A DNA stretch of 63,424 nt, filler included, from Octopus bimaculoides (lineage: Eukaryota), in assembly GCF_001194135.2 (NCBI RefSeq). It is 5 parts of 5 records of this genome, joined end to end, with 100 filler letters (N's around TTAATTAATTAA, not from the genome) between each part and the next. Parts side by side here need not be neighbours in the genome. Positions count along the whole stretch, not along the records: positions 1 to 28,339 come from NC_068981.1; 4 more parts are not named here. The stretch is one strand, 5' to 3'. A program made the translations under genes and the position numbers. The notes beneath the pieces were generated by a model. It did no database searches, was not told the DNA's origin, and saw only the letters and a program-made list of their open reading frames with translations. Below, piece by piece: positions 1 through 10,960 of the stretch. Each line of letters starts with the position of its first letter. The first letter of the stretch is position 1.

Positions 1-24
1 ATATATAATATCTATTTTCTTTCA

Positions 25-1897
25 TTACACGAAAGAAACAGCCTCAGTACGTTGCAAGATAGGACTCCCTCTTCCAAAAGGATGGCTCCCTCACAGACAG
101 TCCAACCAGGATCAGTGAGGTACTGAATGACCAGTTCAAAAGTGTCTTTACCACCCCGTTGGAACACAGACAAGTGGACGAACCAGTGAACTTCTTTTTC
201 GCCTCACCTATAACCAGCGAGGCAATTACAATGGGATACATTGACATTAGCGAAGAGGATATACTACTAGCCATAGATGTGGTGGACACAAACTCAACTG
301 CTGGTCCTGATGGTTTCCCAGCGATCCTCCTCAAATCATGTAAGCATGCCCTAGCAAAACCCCTCCAGATTCTCTTCCAGAGCTTTCTTGCAAATGGCAG
401 ACTGCCAAGCAAGCTGAAGGAGGAAATAATATGCCCAATCTATAAAGGGGGAAGCAGAGCAGATGCCAAAACTTATAGGCCTATCTCTCTGACTTCACAC
501 ATCAGCAAAGTCATGGAACGGATAGTCGGAGGGAAACTAATCACATTCCCTGAAGAAAATAACTTGCTGAGTGATACTCAGCATTGCTGCCGACCAGGTA
601 GCAGCTCTTACAACATTATGACTGGGTGTTGAGGCAGTTACTCAACAGCTCAAATGTGGATGTAATATACCTTGATTTTGTAAAAGCTTTTGACAAAGTG
701 GATCGTGGTATGATATGCTACAAACTGCATGATCTCGGCATAGATGGAAAACTTGGAGAATGGTTACATGACTTTCTGAAAGATAGAAGTCAGGCAGTAG
801 TGGCCAATGGAGCCACCTCAATGAAAACACAAATAGTGAACAATGTTTCACATGGCACTGTCTTGGGACCACTGCTTTTCATAGTGACCCTCTCAGAAAT
901 GCCCTCAACTGCCCTGATAGCCACCCTTGCTAGCTACACAGACGATACGAAAGTCTCGCAGAAAATACAGAAAATACACATCTGCAGCAGGAGTTGGACT
1001 CAATTTACAGATGGACTGAGGATAATAATATGCAGTTTAAAGCTGAAAAATTCCAAGCTCTGTGCTACCAGCGTCCAAAACTGAATATGAAACTTACAGG
1101 GTACACTGGTCCACAGGGAATTACAATCCCAGAGCCTAAATCAGTGAGGGACCTGGGTATTGATATGAGTGATAATACCTCTTTCCAAGTGCACATTACC
1201 AGGATGGTGACAAAGTGCAGATGACTGGCTGGATGGATCCTGAGAACATTCAGAACCAGAGGTAAGGAAACCATGATGGTCCTCTGGAGGACATTCATCC
1301 TCAGCCACCTGGATTACTGCTCCCAGTTATGGTCACCCAACAGTATAAAATTAACAGCGGATCTTGAAGCAATCCAGTGAAGCTTCACAAAGAAGATCAT
1401 CTCTTTGCAACAGCTCAGCTACTGGGAAAGGCTGAAACAGCTAAGACTCTACACCCTGGAGCGAAGGCAGGAGAGGTATGCAGTAATATACAACTGGAAG
1501 ATGCTGGAAGGAATTTTGCCAAATTTTGGCATTGAAAGCTACAGCAATGCCAGAACGGGTCGACACTGCATAGTACTAATGATCCTAACAAAGCCATCGC
1601 GCTTCAGGACCAGTTACTGCAACAGCCTGGGTTTCAGGGGCCCACAGCTTTTTAATATTCTCCCAAAGAGCCTGAGGAAACTGCACAAAATAGATGTAGG
1701 TGTTTTTAAATCAAGGCTGGACCTCTTCCTGTCAAGAGTCCCAGATGAACCTACCTCATGGCAAGAGGTGCAAATGAGGGATTGCTACATCAAACTCCAT
1801 TCTTCCCCAAGTGCCATATATTAAAGGAAGATCTCAGTAATTTAAGTGTAGCAAAACTGCGGTGCTCCAGCATGGCCACAGCTATGAGCTGAAACTA
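25..1897 (+). mobile_element. CR1-group non-LTR retrotransposon (LINE A): decayed RT and C-terminal region plus 3' tail
   Basis: Frameshifted ORF pieces give RT motifs YRPISLTSHISKVMERIV, YLDFVKAFDKVD, HGTVLGPLLF, YTDDTK (YADD), KSVRDLGI, LDYCSQLWSP and LSYWERLKQLRLYTLERRQERY. The element ends in GCGGTGCTCCAGCATGGCCACAG...GAAAC followed by an A-run. Confidence 0.88.
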
Positions 1898-1916
1898 CAA
1901 AAAATATATATATATA

Positions 1917-2700
1917 TCAGGGGTAACGCTCACGGCATCCAACAATATCAGAGATCTGGGTGTAATTGTTGACAACAATCTCAATTGGAGTGCCCACATC
2001 AACAATAAGGTCAATATAGCTCGTAGGATGAGCTCCTGGATCTTAAGAACCTTCCAGTCCAGAGAACAAGGTGTCATCATTCCACTTTTCTCCTCCTTTG
2101 TACGGCCACACCTCGAATACTGCTGCCCCTTGTGGTCTCCCCATACAAAACAAAACATCTCGAGGATTGAATCACCCCAGAGGGCACTCACCAAACGAAT
2201 TAAGGGCATGACTGATCTTGATTACTGGGACCACCTTAAAGCCTTGAAGCTTTACTCTCTCCAGCGCCGCCGCGAGCGGTACATCATTTGTACGATGTGG
2301 AAAATATACCGCCAGCATTGCCCAAACGACCTGAACATTAGTTTCAAGGTTCATCCAAGGCTGGGACCATGGGCCATACGTCCCCTGCCCAATTCAGGAT
2401 CACAACATATAGGTACACTGCGGCATAATTTATTTTCCTCAACAGGCCCTGCCCTGTTTAACATTGTCCCGAAACAGATAAAAGAGGAATGGATCCTATC
2501 AGCTTTAAATGGAGCCTAGACACCTTTCTTCAAAGAATACCAGACAAACCACCCATACCTGGATACAACTCACTCAATAAGAACTCACTACTTGAATGGA
2601 CCATAGACAAAACTTGACTGTAAAAAGGATTTAGATAATCCTATCAGGTGGTGCTATTAAGTTAGACATGGCCTGGACCAATCTTTGATCGAAACATATC
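1917..2700 (+). mobile_element. Second, distinct 5'-truncated CR1-group LINE (LINE B)
   Basis: NIRDLGVIVDNNL...RPHLEYCCPLWSP...LKLYSLQRRRERY is homologous to, but diverged from, the C-terminus of LINE A. Its tail is GGTGCT...CATGGCC...GAAAC at 2647-2697. Confidence 0.85.
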
Positions 2701-2706
2701 TAAGTT

Positions 2707-2770
<64 letters not shown>

Positions 2771-3125
2771 GGCGTAGGAGTGGCTGTGTGGTAAGTAGCT
2801 TGCTTACGAACCACATGGTTCCGGGTTCAGTCCCACTGCGTGGCACCTTGGGCAAGTGTCTTCTACTATAGCCTCGGGCCGACCAAAGCCTTGTGAGTAG
2901 ATTTGGTAGACACATATGTATGTGTTTGTGTGTCTGTGTTTGTCCCTCCAACATCGCTTGACAACCCATGGTGGTGTGTTTACGTCTCCGTAAACTAGCG
3001 GTTCAGCAAAAGAGACTGATAGAATAAGTACTAGGCTTACAAAGAATAAGTCCTGGGGTCGTTTTGCTCGACTAAAGGCGGTGCTCCAGCATGGCCACAG
3101 TCAAATGACTGAAACAAGTAAAATA
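2771..3125 (+). mobile_element. Composite tRNA-derived SINE (tRNA head, CORE-like segment, CR1-like tail)
   Basis: A box TGGCTGTGTGG, B box GGTTCAGTCCC, CORE-like CCTTGGGCAAGTGTCTTC and an internal GT tract. The tail shares 23 identical bp with the LINE A tail. Confidence 0.8.
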
Positions 3126-3129
3126 AAGA

Positions 3130-3420
3130 GTATATATTATAGATTATATATATGTGTATTATATGTGTATATACATATATACACAAACATATAATACATA
3201 TACATACGCACACATATACATATATACACACACATATATATACACACAGACATACAGACACATATTTACACACAATTTACTCACCTATATATACACATAC
3301 ATACATACATTCACACACACAATTTACGCACCTATACATTCGCACAGATGCATATATAATCCCATACACACACACACATCTTATATAACTACACACGCGC
3401 ACACACATACGAGTGTATGC
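3130..3420. repeat. Degenerate (TA)n/(CA)n microsatellite field
   Basis: Interspersed TA, CA and TACA runs are visible in the sequence. Confidence 0.9.
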
Positions 3421-4559
3421 TGCGCACGCATTAATCAGAGATTCGCTTCGCACTCGGGACCTGATTGAATCTGAGTAGCATAGAATCAGGTAGACTGACA
3501 GCAACTGTAAGGGAAGTCCGTCAGATGGACTGTAAGTGTTCTTGGGTGGCACACCTAATGTCCATGCCCAATTTCATACCACGACCCGACTCTTGTGTGC
3601 CTTTAACAGAGCCGACTGTTGAAAGCAGTAGGACCAGGTCTCCCATTTGAAGATTAACTTGATATCTTGATGCATCACTTCCTACTACCGCAAATCCATG
3701 AGATGTGTTTTCTCCCCCCCCCCCNNNNNNNNNNNNNNNNNNNNNNNNNNNNNNNNNNNNNNNNNNNNNNNNNNNNNNNNNNNNNNNNNNNNNNNNNNNN
3801 NNNNNNNNNNNNNNNNNNNNNNNNNNNNNNNNNNNNNNNNNNNNNNNNNNNNNNNNNNNNNNNNNNNNNNNNNNNNNNNNNNNNNNNNNNNNNNNNNNNN
3901 NNNNNNNNNNNNNNNNNNNNNNNNNNNNNNNNNNNNNNNNNNNNNNNNNNNNNNNNNNNNNNNNNNNNNNNNNNNNNNNNNNNNNNNNNNNNNNNNNNNN
4001 NNNNNNNNNNNNNNNNNNNNNNNNNNNNNNNNNNNNNNNNNNNNNNNNNNNNNNNNNNNNNNNNNNNNNNNNNNNNNNNNNNNNNNNNNNNNNNNNNNNN
4101 NNNNNNNNNNNNNNNNNNNNNNNNNNNNNNNNNNNNNNNNNNNNNNNNNNNNNNNNNNNNNNNNNNNNNNNNNNNNNNNNNNNNNNNNNNNNNNNNNNNN
4201 NNNNNNNNNNNNNNNNNNNNNNNNNNNNNNNNNNNNNNNNNNNNNNNNNNNNNNNNNNNNNNNNNNNNNNNNNNNNNNNNNNNNNNNNNNNNNNNNNNNN
4301 NNNNNNNNNNNNNNNNNNNNNNNNNNNNNNNNNNNNNNNNNNNNNNNNNNNNNNNNNNNNNNNNNNNNNNNNNNNNNNNNNNNNNNNNNNNNNNNNNNNN
4401 NNNNNNNNNNNNNNNNNNNNNNNNNNNNNNNNNNNNNNNNNNNNNNNNNNNNNNNNNNNNNNNNNNNNNNNNNNNNNNNNNNNNNNNNNNNNNNNNNNNN
4501 NNNNNNNNNNNNNNNNNNNNNNNNTATATATATGGTATGAGAAAGAAATACAAGACAGT

Positions 4560-4930
4560 GTGAGGAGTTCATTATAATGGTGGGTATTAAATATAGCATT
4601 AATAAAAGAAAGTGAGAGAAGGTGAGAGGGAGATAAGTGACTGGCTGACAAGCCGGTTGGTCTGCCGGTAAGTCTGTGTGTCCGTTTGTCAGTCTGTCGG
4701 TCGAGAAGGCAGCATCGGTAGTGACTGCTGTAGCGAGCACCTCTCTCGCTCTTCCCCCCCCCCTTACACAAAAGCCGATGTTGCCATCATGTCAGCAAGC
4801 AAATCAACAGTAGGAAAAGGAGCGCTGATAGTCATGCGCTTTGATTAAACATTACTCAGCTTGGCCGACTTGTACCGACGGCTTTTCCCTCCACCCTCTT
4901 ACTCTCTGTATCTCCCTGCTATTCTCTTCT
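4560..4930. promoter_or_regulatory. Possible promoter or first-exon region (GC- and CpG-enriched unique patch)
   Basis: Locally CpG-rich and non-repetitive. It has a + strand donor CCG|GTAAGT at 4669 and a - strand ATGATGGCAACATCGGCTTTTGT|GTAAGG at 4790-4768. Orientation is unresolved. Confidence 0.3.
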
Positions 4931-7254
4931 TCTCTCATTAACTCTCACACACAAAACACAGCTATACTTATATTCACATATATATATTGATATGCATACA
5001 CGCATACAATCAATACTGACAACCTATACAGACATACAGAGACACTAGAAATGTAGATATGTAAGATGAAAATGAAATAACATAAAAACAGTCAAAATAT
5101 ACCTCGACTAGACATATAAACGCATATATATATAAATATATGTGCGTATATCAACTAGCTTATGTATCTAGGTGCACGCATATGTGTGTGTGTAACTGAT
5201 TATATAAATATACAGAAACACACAAATACAAAGCTGGATACACATTAATATACTCACTCATAAGCACACGTACACATGTAAGCAAGTATAACTGTGAATA
5301 CACCCACAACTGTTAAGCACAGAGACACTCAGACACAGACAAATACTGTTACAAACCTACACGCCGAAGGAGGAGACTAGCTTGGATCATATTCCTTAAA
5401 CTCCCCCTCCGTCTTATACTCACTCTAACTGCTCCTCGCTCCCGTTTATCACACTCCTTTTCTCAACAATTGCTACTTTCCACTCCATTCATCGCCGTTT
5501 GTTTTTTTTTTACGTTTTCTGTGTATTTGTTTTCAGGTTGTTTTTTTTTATGTACTTAATATTTACATCCTTCTGTCATTTCTTCTTTGCTTTATTCAAA
5601 CACTCCTTGATTTCTCACATATCATTTTTCAGTTTGGCTGCCATTCCTACCTTTTCTCTCGTATTGTCTCCTCCCTTCCTCACCACCCCTGGACTTTCCC
5701 ACTATTGCATGTAATCTACGTTATTCATTGTCCTTCATTTAGCATTATAGTACGACTGATTCCTGATGTCACTGTACGTATGGTTAACGACACCATGTGT
5801 TGTGTCAATGAGCTGGGGTCGCACACAACTGTGTGTATATGTATCTATCCTGCATGAGTTTTCTTTCTGCATGTGGAAGTGTATGTTGCGGCTGTGATTA
5901 AGTGAGCATATGGTGTAGATGGATGATTACAGTGTATAGTTTGAGTGTGCACATATATTATCGAAATATACAGTTAGATGTAACCTATGCGGTCGCAATA
6001 TTATGAGAATTGTGTGTAGATAGGTAGGTAGATAGATAGATAGATACACACATACAGAGCCACGTTATCAAATGGTGTATATCTACTGTTGAATTGCACA
6101 CATGTGAGCAGAATATCAAATTGATGTGTGAAGATGTCGTAATATGTCGATACAATTAACCGAGTTCATATACGATGTTGAATCATGGATGTTATGTGTA
6201 ATATCAGGTGTGTCTATGTGATATGTCTATTGTCTGCAAAATGTGTACGACTTTATTATGTTGATGTTTAATTTATCGTGTTCTAAACACATAAAAATTC
6301 TTCGTGTTTTTATAGTTAAATGGACTTTATTTTGACATCGGGAGCTTAGGAGGCAGATGGCCTTCCTGAGAGGTCAAAGAACTTATAAACAGAAAAACAC
6401 TTGCACAATAGATTTGCTATTTGCTCAGAGACATCTCTCATAAACATAACAGATACTGACTTCCAATAAACTAAAGTAGCCTTTCAGATTAAAGGTTGAA
6501 ATATTTTTATCCGTAAGTGAGGGAAATGGGTAGTTTGACGTGGAATGCCGAAAGGAATTAAACATGTGGTAAATGGTTTGTAAGTGAAAAGGGTGGGACA
6601 AACATTCCCTATATATATTGGGAAATTAGAAAGTTATCTCGTGACAGAAGGTAATTTATTACATTCTAAGAAAAGGAGCTTGAGTACTGCCTTTTGAACT
6701 TCCAAGAAAGAATCAATTGGAATATCCATTTTGATAATCTATATTTTACGCTGGAGTGAAGAGACGTGAATAATGTTCTAAATGATAAATATGAGAGGAA
6801 AATACGAAGGCCTGAGAGAGGATATGGTTTCAAAATATATCAAATGTTTGATTGTAAACATGCTGTGATTGCAAATAATGGAGTTCCTTGTAACTAAATA
6901 TATAGCGATGTAGAAGAGTCAATCAGAAATATAGTGATGTAGAAGAGTTAATCAAGAATATATAAATTCCATGTTCAAATTGAGGGAGATATATGTTATG
7001 ATAAACGTGTTACTTCGGCTTTAGTTTGATTCAGTACCTACAGATACCATTGTGGTTACCAAAATTCGTACCAATTTATCTTTTTTCATTGCAGCATAGA
7101 TTAAATGGATATTTATTTAGCAATGTCCTAGGACATTAGTTATCTGTCAAATCATAAAAGATATCTTTCAGAATAAAATCATCAGTTTAATTTATAGGAA
7201 CTCTTTAGAACGAGTCTTTGGCAGAACTTAAGAACTCACAGCTTTTATAACATC

Positions 7255-7426
7255 ATTTGTTCTGGCTCATGTTATACTTAGTCTACCTTTAGCAGAGTCT
7301 ACTTTTTTGCATGCATTTGGGCCAGGTTTCAAGTTTGAAGATATTCTTCCTTTTTCACTCCCAAATGCATGCAAAAAAGTGGACTCTGCTAAAGGCAGAC
7401 TAAGTATAACATGAGCCAGAACAAAT
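7255..7426. repeat. Near-perfect inverted repeat (fold-back hairpin)
   Basis: 66-67 bp arms (7255-7321 and 7360-7426) with 2 mismatches and a loop of about 38 nt. Confidence 0.92.
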
Positions 7427-7479
7427 ACCACAAAGTATCTTGTCCAGTGTTCTAATGATTCTATCAGTCCATCACCTGA

Positions 7480-7610
7480 AACTGGTGCTTTACTTATCAA
7501 CCCCAGAGGAATGAAAGACAAAACTGATCTCAGCAGGATTTGAACTCAGAACACAAGAAACCAAACTAAATAATGTAAAGGCATTTTGTTTAATGCTTTA
7601 ATGACTACCA
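7480..7610 (-). mobile_element. Decayed 5' part of a tRNA-derived SINE (Meta/MESC-like family)
   Basis: Matches the copies at 51720-51900 and 54131-54346 (TTTGAACTCAGAA B-box region, TTATCAACCCC) with CpGs lost. Confidence 0.6.
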
Positions 7611-8129
7611 AAGTGTTGCTTATAGTGTTAACCATTCAAAATAGCAATTAGATATGTGCATAAAGTATACCAAGTACACAGACACCAAATACTTATATGA
7701 AAATAGGTGTACATCCCAAAAGAAAATAAAGGATGGTGCTAGATTAGCTGTCCAGTATATTAAACAAATTACTTCAGTAGGTTACTAACTGCACAAACAA
7801 AACCCTCATATTTCCTATAAATGTCCTGGTCAGCAATGAGACTTCTCTCTCTCGCTCTTGTAAAATACATACACCCTCAACATAAAACTGCCAAAGCTAC
7901 ATTACAATAACTAAACTTCCACTTCAAAACCAAAACATTCTACAAGGTTCAAGTGGGACACAATGGAGTATTGCTCCCATGTTTGGGTGTGGGTGGTAAT
8001 GCTGCTAAAAACCTTTATGGCTAAACAAAATCACAAACATATAACTAAAACACCTAGGGCCTGAAAACATCCTTTCACACAACAACATCTACAACTGCTC
8101 GTACTAATACTGCCAAAATCCCAGAATGA

Positions 8130-8470
8130 TGCACAGAATCATAATTCTAAAGCCCCAAAATTCTATAATGACTAATTTTTGACACCACTGACCTACACAT
8201 CTCCCTTTCCAAATCACAACATGGATTCAGATTACAACACTTAACTTCCCACTACTCACAAATCTAGCTCAAAATACATGATAGCTTTAATATAGAAATT
8301 ATACAACTCCTCTGCAACATTCACAGTATACATAGTAAAGCAATGCATAAATATACTAAGAGCAATTACAGGCACTAGGTTTGACCAACAGAAAGAAACA
8401 ATAACAGTTGCATAAAAAAAATACAGATCCATCATGAACTATGCTAATCCTTTACTGACTGTATCCTGGT
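8130..8470 (+). mobile_element. Decayed I/Jockey-group LINE RT C-terminal fragment
   Basis: Reads PKIL..IFDTTLTY...NILRAITGTRFDQQKETITVA.KKYRSIMNYANP, similar to the LNILxxLxGTxWGxxKET...RSxxNYAxP motif. It contains stops and frameshifts. Confidence 0.55.
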
Positions 8471-8934
8471 TTCAGATCTCTCATATTGCAACTATTCAAG
8501 TGGAATGTTAACTGGGTCAGTCTGACTGGTTTCAGAGAGGGCTGTGAAGGACATGAACACAGCCCCTTTTCCAGACCTAATCAATAATTAAAAAATAAAA
8601 TAATCATGTTTCTTGCAGATACTTACTTACTTATCCTATTTATCCTTTCCATTTCAAACTGGAAATCAACAACACAAATCTTCACTGGTCTGAAGTGCCT
8701 GCCAAAGTCATAGCACTGCCCTTCTCCTTTGAGTACTTTAAGTTCCCATCCACCCTGCTATATGCAGAGCTACTAACAAATAGTAACAGGTTTATCAGTT
8801 TAGATATATATAACATTTAAAACAAGATATAAGCTCATAATTTTTCAATCTGATCCTTAGAGACAAGAGATTTGTGTCAATATTTACATTTATGCTATGT
8901 TTCAATCAATTTGATTTCAAATCATCACAAACTG

Positions 8935-8983
<49 letters not shown>

Positions 8984-10039
8984 TATGACTTGGTGATTAA
9001 GAACATTGCAACCTTCAGTTTAGAAATATGGGACTCTTTAGTTTGAATCCAATTTAATACTATGTACACATACAGAACTAAGACATCTGGTGATAATCAG
9101 TGATGAAGCCAATTAAAACAATGTAAAATGTAAAGATGAAGTTAATAGACTGAAAAATTATAATCTTATTAAGAACAACTCATTTCAGTCATTTAGACAT
9201 TTATCATATTACATTAATAATGGTGAAAGTACTAAACAATAGATTCACTAAATGCCCTAATACCAGCAAACCATCTGTAATAATTTCATCAACAGAACCA
9301 TTTTAACATCTATATTTCCATGTTGGCATGGTTAGCTCATAAATAAATTTATGTAATGTACAAATGCCCCAATACATACTCAATGAACATTTCAAAATTA
9401 ACAAAGATCTTCAAAATACAATAAACTTACACATTTATCCAAAGTATTTCACCACACAAACCATGCCAACAAGCTAACTTGTTTGCATAGGTTCTTAAAT
9501 AATAAATACTGAGGTATATATAATCTTTCATGTTACATAGTTAATAAATTATTTACACATTTTCCCCTCCTTCTGCGTGTTAGACTTTGTTTCCTTGTCT
9601 ACCACATGACAACCCACTACTCTATCTTCTATCTTTTCAATATATACAATACTTCCTACTTTTATTTTATTGCTTGCCAAATGCCAAAGATATAATTTTC
9701 AATGCTTGTTATGTCCAATTCGGTAGCTATGTCATATCTCATTGTCAGTTTGCTTGACTGTTTCTCAGATGATTTATAAAACTACTGCCTCTCTTCTTAC
9801 CATAGTTATCCTTAACTAAATCTTATTTCATTGTGTACAAAAGAGATTTTCTACCAACAATTTTTATAGCAATTTTGTTCCTTTTTTTTCATGTTCTGTA
9901 ACATTTAACAGAATATCCAATCTAGACAAAGCAAACTAACTCTCCATTACCATGCATTTATAAACACTATGTTTTCTTTTTACTATCTTGAAGAAGTGAT
10001 GCTGAAGGCTTTTCCTTCTTCTCAGAAATAACTATTATC

Positions 10040-10960
10040 TTTTTAGTGATAACAAAATTTCTTTCTTGCTCAGTAATACTGACAGATAATCTCTAAGTTC
10101 TGTCTGAACTAACATTTTGTTTACAAAACATTCTACTTTATTACATAAGATTAGAAACCACACACTCTTCTGGTAAATGCACAAAAAGACCTTTCAAATA
10201 CACCTATGAAGAACCAAATTTGAGTTGGTTGATAGGATTCTAGTTTGCTAAAAGAAGGATGTTACATTTGATATTCAACCACTGATGGTCTCTGTTTGTC
10301 CCTCATGGAAGTTGTAAATAAGTTTTGTTAGAAGATATATTCACTACTGTATATAAAAGAGGGATATGAACCTGCCTCTTTATAAAAAAATTAATAAACT
10401 CATGAGAAGAAAAACATTGGAAACCTACTTGGAAACTGTCTTTTTTTCAGAGATGAGAGGCTTTTCAATGCCAAGTAATTCAACAATGGAAGAAAAGTGT
10501 TCAAATTCACCTTTTGAAAAATATTAATAAAGTTCAAATGTGACTTGATTGTCTTTCAACACAACTTGTTAACTACTTTCTTAATTTTACATACCCTGTG
10601 TAAAAAAAAAATCTGTTTATAAGTCTGTTTCTTCTTTAGTAACCTATGTAACTAAGCTCTTATTTAACAACTAGTATAATTGTATGATTTCATGTTTGTT
10701 AAGGTGAAAGATTTGTTAATATTTTCCTTTTAATTACTTTATGGTAGTATATCATATCCCTTCTCTTCTGTGTGTCGAACACTGAAGGTGAATTAAAAGT
10801 CTTAAGTCAGGCTTCACTCAAAAGTTGCAAAAACTTTGATGACATTTATAAGCACTTTTTTTGTAAGAATTGAATAATTGATGAAATGACTTCTCCAAAT
10901 GTTATATTTGACATCTGTCTCTGTTGTCGTAATCTGATTTGAAGAGTGTTTTTGACCAAT
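10040..10960 (-). mobile_element. Highly decayed hAT (SPIN/Charlie/GTF2IRD2-like) transposase, C-terminal half
   Basis: Minus-strand fragments EVISSIIQFLQKK..KFLQLLSEA, KGEFEHFSSIVELL, KDSFQVGFQCF and RLSVSI resemble the VVKIVNFIR..FxQLL, GxxxHFP, xFxxRFxDF and LRLSVS blocks of hAT transposases. Confidence 0.45.

Noticed and set aside
6600-6900. Coding-like + strand stretch (KELEYCLLNFQERINW...CKHAVIANNG)
   Set aside because: It has internal stops and no family could be assigned. It is probably an unclassified decayed TE.
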